This document shows, piece after piece, positions 35,959 to 43,965 of a stretch of 43,965 nucleotides of DNA. Position 1 is the first letter of the stretch. Every line of letters starts with the position of its first letter. Below the pieces are notes generated by a model. The model searched no databases, had not been told where the DNA came from, and worked only from the letters and a program-made list of their open reading frames with translations. Source of the DNA: Planctomycetota bacterium. GTDB taxonomy: Bacteria; Planctomycetota; UBA1135; UBA2386. A program made the translations under genes and the position numbers. The DNA lies in contig CANMWZ010000038.1 of the NCBI GenBank assembly GCA_947501605.1, forward strand, positions 1 through 43,965, read 5' to 3'.

Positions 35959-37628
35959 CCGTATCTCCGACTGCTGTTCCTGCGTCTCCGTTCGCTGCTC
36001 TGGGTCTACACGACCAGATCGTCCGGGCTCTGATCGCGTCCGGCTATGAAACGCCGACGCCGATCCAGGCGCGCACCATCCCGCTGCTGCTCGAAGGTCG
36101 CGACCTGCTGGGCATCGCCCAGACCGGCACCGGCAAGACGGCGGCCTTTGCGCTGCCGATCCTGCACTACCTGCACACGCACCCCCGTCGCGTCGAACCA
36201 CGAAAGCCGCGAGCGCTGATCCTGGCCCCGACCCGCGAGCTCGCGAGCCAGATCCTCGAAGCGTGCCGCAAGTACGGCACCTATTTGCCCCTTCGCCATG
36301 ATGTCGTCTACGGCGGCGTCGGCATGGGCTTGCAGGTCAAGACGCTGCAGAAGGGCCTCGACATCCTCATCGCGACGCCCGGCCGGCTGCTCGACCTGAT
36401 GCAGCAGCGGCACGTCGACCTGTCGCGGGTCGAGGTGCTCGTGCTCGATGAAGCCGACCGCATGCTCGACATGGGCTTCATCCGCGACGTCGAGCGCGTC
36501 CTGAAGACGCTGCCCAAGCAACGCCAGTCGCTGCTGTTCTCGGCGACCATGCCCGATGACGTTGCCCGCCTGGCGCGCGGCCACCTGCATCAACCCGAGC
36601 GCGTCGAGGTCACGCCGCCGGCGGCCACGACCGAACTCGTCGAACAGAGCGTCTGCTTCGTCGAACAGAGCAACAAGCGCGAAGTCCTGACGCACCTCCT
36701 GCGCGACCCGCAGTTCTCGCGGACGCTAGTGTTCACGCGCACGAAGCACGGCGCCGATCGCGTCGCCAAGCAACTGGTCACAGCCGGCATCGAGGCCAAA
36801 GCGATTCACGGCGACAAGTCGCAAGGCCAACGAGAACGCGCGCTGCAGAGCTTCCGCGACGGGCAGACGCCAGTGCTGGTTGCTACCGACCTCGCCGCGC
36901 GCGGCATCGACGTCCCGGAAGTCACGCACGTCGTGAACTTCGACCTGCCGAACATCCCCGAGAGCTACGTGCACCGCATCGGTCGCACCGCGCGCGCCGG
37001 ACGCGAGGGCATCGCCATCTCGCTGTGCTCGGGCGAAGAGCGCGAGTATCTGCGCGACATCGAGAAGTTGATCCGCAAGCGCGTACCCGTGGTCAAGCTG
37101 GAGATGGGCAAGACGACCGTGTTGAAGCCCGTTGCCGCCGCTCCTGGCGATGGCGAACCGCGCCCACACCGCGGCGGCCGCGGCGATCGGCCAGACCGGC
37201 CGCTCCCCGCCCGCCGCGAACCGCAGCCGGCGCCAGCCCAGCGCGTCGATTGGACCGAGATTGCGCGCACGATCGGCGCCGAACCGGCCGACGACGCCGA
37301 ACCGCGGCCGCAAGGTCACCCGATGCAGCGGCCCCAGCCAGCCAAGCAACCGCAGCGCCCACAGCCCAGCGGCGGCAAGCAGCGCCCTGCCGGCAACGGC
37401 ACGCCACAGCGCGGTGAGACCGGTCGCCGCGACGGCGGCGGCGGCGCCCGCCGCAGCGGTGGTGGTGGCGGTGGCGGTCGGGGCAGTGGCGGCGGCGGTC
37501 GCGGCAGTGGCGGTCGCGGCGCCCCGGGTGGTGGCGGCGGTGGCGGCAGTGGTCGCCCGCAGCGCTCCAGCGGCGGCGGCACTGCGGGTGGCCGCGGTGG
37601 CCCGCGGCGGCGCCGCAGTGGCGGTTGA
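35955..37628 (+). CDS. rhlE: DEAD-box RNA helicase, RhlE-like, with Gly/Arg-rich tail
   Basis: Q motif, AQTGTGKT, PTREL, DEAD, SAT, ARGID, HRIGRTAR. ATGA overlap with the desaturase. Confidence 0.9.
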   Translation: MTVSPTAVPASPFAALGLHDQIVRALIASGYETPTPIQARTIPLLLEGRDLLGIAQTGTGKTAAFALPILHYLHTHPRRVEPRKPRALILAPTRELASQILEACRKYGTYLPLRHDVVYGGVGMGLQVKTLQKGLDILIATPGRLLDLMQQRHVDLSRVEVLVLDEADRMLDMGFIRDVERVLKTLPKQRQSLLFSATMPDDVARLARGHLHQPERVEVTPPAATTELVEQSVCFVEQSNKREVLTHLLRDPQFSRTLVFTRTKHGADRVAKQLVTAGIEAKAIHGDKSQGQRERALQSFRDGQTPVLVATDLAARGIDVPEVTHVVNFDLPNIPESYVHRIGRTARAGREGIAISLCSGEEREYLRDIEKLIRKRVPVVKLEMGKTTVLKPVAAAPGDGEPRPHRGGRGDRPDRPLPARREPQPAPAQRVDWTEIARTIGAEPADDAEPRPQGHPMQRPQPAKQPQRPQPSGGKQRPAGNGTPQRGETGRRDGGGGARRSGGGGGGGRGSGGGGRGSGGRGAPGGGGGGGSGRPQRSSGGGTAGGRGGPRRRRSGG

Positions 37629-37650
37629 TCGCTAGCGAACCGACAGCGTT

Positions 37651-37689
37651 CTTGTGCCGCCGCGGTGGGCGCTTGTGCCGCCGCGGTGG
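37651..37689. repeat. 18-bp direct repeat with 21-bp period
   Basis: cttgtgccgccgcggtgg at 37651 and 37672. Confidence 0.9.
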
Positions 37690-37721
37690 ATCGCCCGCAG
37701 TTGCTGCCTACGATCCCCGCT

Positions 37722-38975
37722 GTGAAAGCCCCGCTGTTGTTGACGCGCCCGCACTCGGCGCCAACGGAGACCCTTGCCGAGTATCGCGCCCGCGGCGGCT
37801 ACCAAGGCCTCGAACGGGCCCTCCTGGCCAACTCGCCGGATGCCGTGCTCGACTCTATCGAGCAATCGGGGCTGCGCGGCCGTGGCGGTGCGTCGTTCCC
37901 AACCGCGCGAAAGTGGCGCCTCGCCGCGGCGCAGAACTCGGCCGACAAGTTCGTCGTCGCCAATGGCGGCGAACACGAACCCGGCAGTGAAAAGGACCGC
38001 CACCTCGTCGCCCTCTACCCGCACGCGATGATCGAAGGGCTCGTGCTCGCCGGCTTCGCGACCGGAGCGAGCAAGGGCTACGTCTATCTGATCGAGGACA
38101 TGCACGCGCAGGTCGCGAGCGTCGAACGCGCCGTCGCCGAACTGCACGCGAGCCGACTGCTGGCCGGCACGCCCTTTGGCCGCACCTTCGCCATCGAGAT
38201 CCACAAAGCCCCGACGACCTATGTCGCAGGCGAGGAAACCGCGGCGCTCAACTCCATCGAAGGCAAGCCCGCGAAGCCCCGCAAGAAGCCGCCATTCCCG
38301 GGCGAGCAGGGCTTGTTTGGCAAGCCGACGACGATCAACAACGTCGAGACGCTCGCGCACGCAGCGTGGATCGCCCGCGCCGGCGCCGCCGCGTTTGCGG
38401 CGATCGGCACCGCCGAGAGCAAAGGCACTTTGCTGTTCACCCTGCCGGCCGAGATGAACCGACCCGGCGTCTACGAACTGCCGTTCGGCAGCACCTATCG
38501 CCACCTGCTCGACGAATGCGGCGGCGGCACCAGGGACGGCTCGCCGGTCCGCGCCGTGCTGCCCGCGCTGTCGTGCGGCTTCTTGCTCGCCGAGCACCTC
38601 GACACCAAGATCGCGTACGAGACGTTGCGCCCGCTTGGCACGTCGCCCGGCTGCGGCGGCGTGCGACTCGTCACGCCGGCGACCGATGTCGTGGCCTTGG
38701 CCCTCGAGATCGCGACGTTTTTCATGAAGGAGCAGTGCGGCCAATGCCCGGCTTGCCGCATGGAGACCAACCAGTTCGTTCACATCCTGAAGGGCGTCCA
38801 GCAGGGCATGGGACCGGGTTACCAGGAGAAGCTGCAGAAGCTCGCCGACTTCAACCGCAAGAAGGGCTTCTGCTCGCTGATCGAGATGGCCGCAGCCCCC
38901 GTGCTCTCCGCCGTGCAGGTGTTTGCCGCCGATTTCGCGCGCAGCGCCGGCCCCAAGGGGCAAGGCGACTCGTGA
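37722..38975 (+). CDS. Stand-alone NuoF/HoxF-like FMN, [4Fe-4S] flavoprotein
   Basis: SGLRGRGGASFPT, EPGSEKDR, YVAGEETA, PTTINNVETL, SLBB domain, CGQCPACR...C cluster motif. Confidence 0.88.
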   Translation: MKAPLLLTRPHSAPTETLAEYRARGGYQGLERALLANSPDAVLDSIEQSGLRGRGGASFPTARKWRLAAAQNSADKFVVANGGEHEPGSEKDRHLVALYPHAMIEGLVLAGFATGASKGYVYLIEDMHAQVASVERAVAELHASRLLAGTPFGRTFAIEIHKAPTTYVAGEETAALNSIEGKPAKPRKKPPFPGEQGLFGKPTTINNVETLAHAAWIARAGAAAFAAIGTAESKGTLLFTLPAEMNRPGVYELPFGSTYRHLLDECGGGTRDGSPVRAVLPALSCGFLLAEHLDTKIAYETLRPLGTSPGCGGVRLVTPATDVVALALEIATFFMKEQCGQCPACRMETNQFVHILKGVQQGMGPGYQEKLQKLADFNRKKGFCSLIEMAAAPVLSAVQVFAADFARSAGPKGQGDS

Positions 38976-40135
38976 AGGACTCTCGTTACTACGCGGCCTG
39001 CACGCTGGGGCTCGAGACCGTGTTGTTCGACGAACTGCAGCGCCTGGGCGCGGGCAACGTGCAAGTCCGCCGCGGCGGTTGCGAGTTCCGCGGCGATCAA
39101 GCCCTGGGTTACGCCGCGTGCCTCTGGCTGCGTTCAGCCGTTCGCGTCCAGGAAGAACTCGCGCGCGATCGCGTGATGCATCGCGACGACCTGTACCGCT
39201 TGACCAGCTCGATCGACTGGTCGCGCTCGATCACGCCGCTGCAGACACTGGCAGTCGACGCCAGCGTGCGCGACAGCTTTGCCAACGACACGCGCTTCCC
39301 GGCTCTGGTCGTCAAGGACGCCGTTTGCGACCAGTTTCGCGACCGCACCGGCAAGCGCCCCGACGTCGAGCGCGACCGACCCGACCTGCCCATCAAGCTG
39401 GTGCTGCAGGGCGACCACGCGATCCTCTATCGCGAACTCGGCGGCGCGCCGCTGCACAAGCGCGGCTACCACGAGGTGCAGCACAAGAGCCCGCTCAACG
39501 AGGCGACCGCCGCCGGCCTGTTGCTCCTCACGGATTGGGATCGCACCTCGCCGCTCTGCGACCCGATGTGCGGTTCGGCCACCTTCTTGATCGAAGCTGC
39601 ATTCTTGGCGACCGACCGCGCACCCGGGCTGGCGCGCGGATTTGCGTTCGAACGCTTCGTCGACGCCGATCTGCCCGCCTGGCGCCGCCTCTACGACGAC
39701 GCCGAGCGCCGCGCCGCGCAGGGCCTGGCGAAGTGCCCACCGTTGTTCGGCAACGATCGTCACGCGGGTGCCCTCTCGATCGCCGAATTGGCCATCCAAT
39801 CGGCGGGCCTCAACGGACGCATCCACCTGCAACAGAGCGACGTCGGCGACTACGAACCCCCGGCTCCGCCGCGTGCCGTCGTGGTCAACCCGCCCTACGG
39901 CGAACGACTTGACGCCGCGCCCGAGGCCCTCGCCAAAGATTGGCTCGAGCTCGGCCACTTCTTGCACGGCCAGTGCACCGGCGCTTCGGCGTGGATCCTC
40001 TCCGGCAACCCCGAACTCACTCGCCATCTCGGTCTGCGGGCGAACCGCAAGTGGCCGGTGCGCAACGGTCCGATCGAGTGCCGCTGGATCCGCTATGACA
40101 TCGCAACGAGGCGGCAGGCACCTCCTGCCGAGTAA
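38972..40135 (+). CDS. THUMP-domain rRNA m2G methyltransferase (RlmL/YpsC-like)
   Basis: GLE..L..EL, LHKRGY, PLNEATAA, DPMCGSAT, NPPYGERL, NGPIEC. GTGA overlap with the NuoF-like gene. Confidence 0.88.
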   Translation: MKDSRYYAACTLGLETVLFDELQRLGAGNVQVRRGGCEFRGDQALGYAACLWLRSAVRVQEELARDRVMHRDDLYRLTSSIDWSRSITPLQTLAVDASVRDSFANDTRFPALVVKDAVCDQFRDRTGKRPDVERDRPDLPIKLVLQGDHAILYRELGGAPLHKRGYHEVQHKSPLNEATAAGLLLLTDWDRTSPLCDPMCGSATFLIEAAFLATDRAPGLARGFAFERFVDADLPAWRRLYDDAERRAAQGLAKCPPLFGNDRHAGALSIAELAIQSAGLNGRIHLQQSDVGDYEPPAPPRAVVVNPPYGERLDAAPEALAKDWLELGHFLHGQCTGASAWILSGNPELTRHLGLRANRKWPVRNGPIECRWIRYDIATRRQAPPAE

Positions 40136-40221
40136 GGCTCGCAAAAGCGCCCTTGGCCAAATCGCTTGCCACATAGGGCCCACTGGTGCCCCGCGAGGGA
40201 CGGTCTACAGTGTCGCCCTCT

Positions 40222-41385
40222 ATGTCGCACGCCACGATTCTGAACCGTGCCCCTGTGCGGCCGCGGATCGTCGTGGACGCATCGCACCCACCGCGCCTCC
40301 TGGAGGACGCCGTCGCCGAACTGCTGGCAGCGACTGACACCGTCGAGGTGCTGCTGGTCGGCCGCCCCGGCACCGGCAAGACCACGGCGCTGCGCGAACT
40401 CGGGCGCATCTTCCATCGCCACCTCGATCTGCGCCTGCTCGATGAAGAGGACACGCTGCCACGTTCGGTAGCGCGGGTGACGATCCGAGCGGTGCAGGCG
40501 CCCGAGCCCGACGCGCGCGCGACCGTCTGGCTGCTCGCACCGTGGACCGACGATGACTGCGGCGACTACGTGCGCGCGGCGCACCCGGAATCCGCCGAGG
40601 CAGTTCTGCGCGCGTGGCAACAGCCTGCCCCGGTCGCGGATCTGCGCCAACGACCGGAACTCTGTCGCGAAGTCCTCGACCATCAGGCGCAGTTCGCCCG
40701 CGTCGACCGCCTGCACCCACCGCCGGACGCCTTCTGCGCGCTCGCCTTCGTGCTGGCGACGCGGCTCGGACATCGCCGCGCAGCGGCGCGGACGTTCTCT
40801 TTGCGCACCTTCGGGGCACCCCCGGCACGCGGCTCTCGCGATGCATCGGCAGCGATGCTGACGCTCGGTGACCGCCGCCTGCTGGATTCGCTGTCGGTGC
40901 GCGCCTTGCTCGCTGCCGAAGAACTGGTCCGAATTGCTGGCGCGCGCGACGCAGCGCCGATGCCGCCCAGACACTGGCCACAAGCGCTGGTCGCGGCACT
41001 CGCGCATCTGCTGCACGCCGATCCGGTGCTCATGCACCACATGACCGCGGTCTCGACGCGCCCGCCGCGCCACCCGGCGCTGTTGCTGAGTATCCTGTGC
41101 GCGGCGGAACCCAGGTTCCGCCCACCGACAAACCGCTTCCGCGACCTCGCCGGTGCGCGGCTGTGTGGCATCGACCTGCGCGGTGCGGACCTCGCCGAGG
41201 CCCGACTCCAGGGCGCGGACCTGACCGGCGCCCGACTGAGCGATGCCGACCTGCGCGATGCCAACCTGACCGGCGCACGACTTCGCGGCGCCGACCTGCA
41301 GCGGGCGCTGTTGACCGGCTGCGTGCTCAGTGGCGGCGAGTTGGACGGCGCCGATCTACGCGGCGCGACGGGTGCTGCCAGGTAG
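40222..41385 (+). CDS. P-loop NTPase-like + pentapeptide-repeat protein
   Basis: Walker A GRPGTGKTT, LLDE, NACHT-like LLAPWTDDD..Y, C-terminal A(D/R/N)LxG repeats. Confidence 0.75.
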   Translation: MSHATILNRAPVRPRIVVDASHPPRLLEDAVAELLAATDTVEVLLVGRPGTGKTTALRELGRIFHRHLDLRLLDEEDTLPRSVARVTIRAVQAPEPDARATVWLLAPWTDDDCGDYVRAAHPESAEAVLRAWQQPAPVADLRQRPELCREVLDHQAQFARVDRLHPPPDAFCALAFVLATRLGHRRAAARTFSLRTFGAPPARGSRDASAAMLTLGDRRLLDSLSVRALLAAEELVRIAGARDAAPMPPRHWPQALVAALAHLLHADPVLMHHMTAVSTRPPRHPALLLSILCAAEPRFRPPTNRFRDLAGARLCGIDLRGADLAEARLQGADLTGARLSDADLRDANLTGARLRGADLQRALLTGCVLSGGELDGADLRGATGAAR

Positions 41386-41513
41386 CAGCACAGCAACTCC
41401 ACCCACGCCTTCTACGTGCCCGGGAACACGGCGGCCGCGCCGAGTTTGTGGGCGGTCCCCGGACTCAGCCCGCGCCGTCGCCGCGGCCCTGCCATCGGCT
41501 CGCGCTGACACGA

Positions 41514-41551
41514 GCCGTCACGCGCGCCCGCCGTCACGCGCGCCCGCCGTC
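41514..41551. repeat. 16-bp tandem duplication of a gene's stop-codon region
   Basis: gccgtcacgcgcgccc x2 + gccgtc. The inner copy carries the TGA of 41534..42835. Confidence 0.9.
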
Positions 41552-42835
41552 GCGATCCGCGCGGCGGCCGAGGACGAAGCCGATGCTGGCCCAGGCGACT
41601 GCGAGCGCCACGGTGAAGGTCAGCACCCACGCGGCGCTGAGTTCGAAGCGCCGCATCACGTAGACCTGAAAGCACGCCCCGAGCCAGTCCCCAAAGCGCA
41701 GGGCAAAGGTGTCGAGCAAGAACTTGACCTTGTGCTTGGTCTCGAGCGCGAGCGGGGTGTAGAGCGCTTCGCGCGAGGGCTTCTCCAGCGCGAACTGCCC
41801 GCCGCGCAGCAAGATCGTCACCAGCGCGATCGCGCCGACCGTGGGCGACAGGGACAAGACGGCGAGGCCGAGCGCGTTGAGCAGCGGCATCAAGACCAGC
41901 GCGGCGGCAGCCGGCAGCCGACGCAGTAGGCGACCCGTGCAGAACAACTGCAAAGCCAGCACCAGACTCTGGCTCATCAGCTCGGTGTGCGCGAGCCATC
42001 CATGCTGCGCCCGACTCGACGCTACTTGCTCGCCGACCAGCTCGGTCCGAGCCACGGCGAAGGCCGAAGCGACCATCGCCAGCAACATCATGTAGCCACC
42101 GATCGCGCGCAGGTGCCCATCGCGACGCAACAGCGCGAGGCCGCCGAAGAACCCACCGCGCGCCGTGCCTTCACTCGATGGTTGCACCAAGGACTCGGCG
42201 CACATCGCCGCACATGCGCGCCGCGACCTGTGGTAGCAGACGAAGGCCAGCTCCAGCATCACGAGACTGCCGATCGCGGCCGCACTCGGCGGCAACGCGA
42301 GCGCCGGAATCTGTTCCGCCAGCAACGATCCAAGGACAGCACCCGAGGTGCCGCCGACCCCGACGATGCCAAACAACCGCAGCCCTTGCCGGCGTGAAAA
42401 GTGCTCGACGGTGTGAACCCACACCAGGGTCGGCACCGCGACATTGAATGCACTGAAGTAGCCCCAGAACGCTTCGCCGACCCACTGGGCGCCGGGCGCC
42501 TTCCAGTCATAGTCGCCGACCAGCGAGAGCCCGCCGAACACGATCAACATGCTCGCCGCCAAGGCGTGCAACGCGATCGGGACGAAGCGCCGACTGGGCA
42601 TCCTCGACGCCAACCACCAAAACGCAGGCGTGAATGCGGTCGTGACCAGCAGCGTGAGGCCGTAGAGGTACGGCATGTGCTCGACGCCCCTGTCGACACC
42701 GAATTGGTCGCGCACCGGCCGCAGCACGAACGTGCTGGCCATCGCCGCGCCAAACATCAAGGCGGTCCAGAACGTCGCGCGGCGCTCGGCCGAGGTTGCG
42801 TCTGTCAGACCGAGAGGGCGGATTAGGAACTGCAC
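41534..42835 (-). CDS. TLC/Ntt (ATP:ADP antiporter family)-like MFS transporter
   Basis: FVLRPVRD, RLFG..G..GA..GS, LEKPSREALYTP, KHKVKFLLDTFALRFGD, multiple TM helices. Confidence 0.82.
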   Translation of the reverse strand: MQFLIRPLGLTDATSAERRATFWTALMFGAAMASTFVLRPVRDQFGVDRGVEHMPYLYGLTLLVTTAFTPAFWWLASRMPSRRFVPIALHALAASMLIVFGGLSLVGDYDWKAPGAQWVGEAFWGYFSAFNVAVPTLVWVHTVEHFSRRQGLRLFGIVGVGGTSGAVLGSLLAEQIPALALPPSAAAIGSLVMLELAFVCYHRSRRACAAMCAESLVQPSSEGTARGGFFGGLALLRRDGHLRAIGGYMMLLAMVASAFAVARTELVGEQVASSRAQHGWLAHTELMSQSLVLALQLFCTGRLLRRLPAAAALVLMPLLNALGLAVLSLSPTVGAIALVTILLRGGQFALEKPSREALYTPLALETKHKVKFLLDTFALRFGDWLGACFQVYVMRRFELSAAWVLTFTVALAVAWASIGFVLGRRADRDGGRA

Positions 42836-43034
42836 GCGCCAACTACGTTCCTCGCTCGACGGCTAGGAAACCAGAGTCCGCTCGTCGAGTGACTTCCTAG
42901 CTTGCGCTGCCGGTCGCGGCGCCTTGGGGGTCGCGATCTTCGCGCGGGCGCGGCGCGTCCACGGATTGCGCATCGATCGTCGGGAACGAGCCGTCGGGCG
43001 AAGCCGCAGCAGCAAGTGCCCGCGGCGGTTGGCT

Positions 43035-43965
43035 TCATGGCCTCGCACTGCCGCGCACCCGATCGAGAAAGCGCTGCTCGTCGGGCTTCAGCCGCTTGCC
43101 AGGAAGGCGCCACAGCCGCAGGCGCGCCACCTCTTCGAGCAGCGTGGCGATCCAGTCCTCGCGCTCGCCGAGGATCTTGGGCAGGTTGCGGTGTTCACCC
43201 CATTTGGCGCCCAGTTCTCCGGTCAGTGCGCGAATCTCGTCACGCAGCGCCAGCACCAGATCGAGCAGCAGGCTCACCATCTCGCCGTCGCCGGCGCCGG
43301 CGAGACGGCGGGCCAGCAGCGGCAGCAGTTCGCGCAACTGCGACGGTACGGCCGACTGAAACCACGGCGACCGCGCCAACTCGCGGGCGAAGCGCTCGGG
43401 GAAGTGCGCCGCCAGCACGAGGAGGCGGTTGCGTTCGCCCAGCTCGTCCTTCCAAGTCGTCGCCTTCTTGATCGAGCCGTGACCGATGTGGACACAGCGC
43501 GCAGCCGGCACGTAGAGCGAACGCCAACCTTGGCTGCGCAGTCGCAGCGCCAAGTCGACATCCTCGTAGTACATGTGGAATGCTTCGTCTTGGCCGCCGA
43601 CTTGTTGCCACGCCTTGGTGCGGAACAGCGCGCAACAACCGGAAACGCCGAGCACTTGCTGCGCGTCTTGACCCCGGTCGTCGTTGGCGAGCCCTTGGTC
43701 GCGATCGATCCAGTAGAGGTCATCGCGTTGCGCAATCCCGGTAGTGCAGATGCGGCCGTCCGGGAAGTCGATCCGCGGCGCCGCCGCCGCAGCACGCTCC
43801 TCGCTGTCGAGGGCCGCGACCAGCGTCGCCAAACATCCAGGAGCCAACGTCGCGTCGGTGTTGAGCAACAGCGCGTACTCGCCGGCACCGGCGACACCGA
43901 GGTTGTTGGCGGCGGTGTAGTTGTTGACCGGGTTGACGACGAGCTCCACGTCGGCGAACTCGGCG
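43035..43965 (-). CDS. Glycosyltransferase family 2, 5' end outside the window
   Basis: NYTAANNLG, LLNTD, SGCCALFR, FHMYYEDVDL, RNR. The frame is open to the window edge. Confidence 0.88.
   Translation of the reverse strand, partial: AEFADVELVVNPVNNYTAANNLGVAGAGEYALLLNTDATLAPGCLATLVAALDSEERAAAAAPRIDFPDGRICTTGIAQRDDLYWIDRDQGLANDDRGQDAQQVLGVSGCCALFRTKAWQQVGGQDEAFHMYYEDVDLALRLRSQGWRSLYVPAARCVHIGHGSIKKATTWKDELGERNRLLVLAAHFPERFARELARSPWFQSAVPSQLRELLPLLARRLAGAGDGEMVSLLLDLVLALRDEIRALTGELGAKWGEHRNLPKILGEREDWIATLLEEVARLRLWRLPGKRLKPDEQRFLDRVRGSARP

Noticed and set aside
37434..37625. GGC/GGT-rich repeat tract
   Set aside because: Encodes the Gly/Arg-rich helicase tail and is not an independent element.

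Overview
GC-rich bacterial DNA with about 38 genes. It is most consistent with a Planctomycetota genome (inference from the ECF sigma + Ser/Thr kinase-WD40 pair, sulfatase, FG-GAP protein, tandem secreted beta-rich paralogs and pentapeptide-repeat NTPase). I found no rRNA, tRNA, CRISPR array, integrase or transposase. Core-type genes: two SDRs, an acyltransferase-3, Delta9-type desaturase + RhlE-like helicase, a stand-alone NuoF-like flavoprotein + THUMP rRNA methyltransferase, a TLC/Ntt-type transporter, and GT2 and GT-C glycosyltransferases. Most notable: (1) an ABC-ATPase + DUF4276/TOPRIM two-gene cassette, a PARIS/split-OLD-like defence candidate; (2) a cyanophycinase and an isoaspartyl peptidase that both carry lipoprotein signals; (3) a ChaN + pseudo-hydrolase + His-less CbiX/CbiK-chelatase-like fusion; (4) a large hypothetical protein with a cryptic GNAT motif coupled to a signal-less BtuF-like protein; (5) several unrelated secreted proteins sharing an N-terminal Gln and a similar C-terminal beta-domain, a candidate sorting system; (6) many leaderless-type promoters, short tandem duplications at gene ends, two structured 5' leaders, and a galactose-oxidase gene remnant. 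All calls come from motif recognition by eye; no searches were run.
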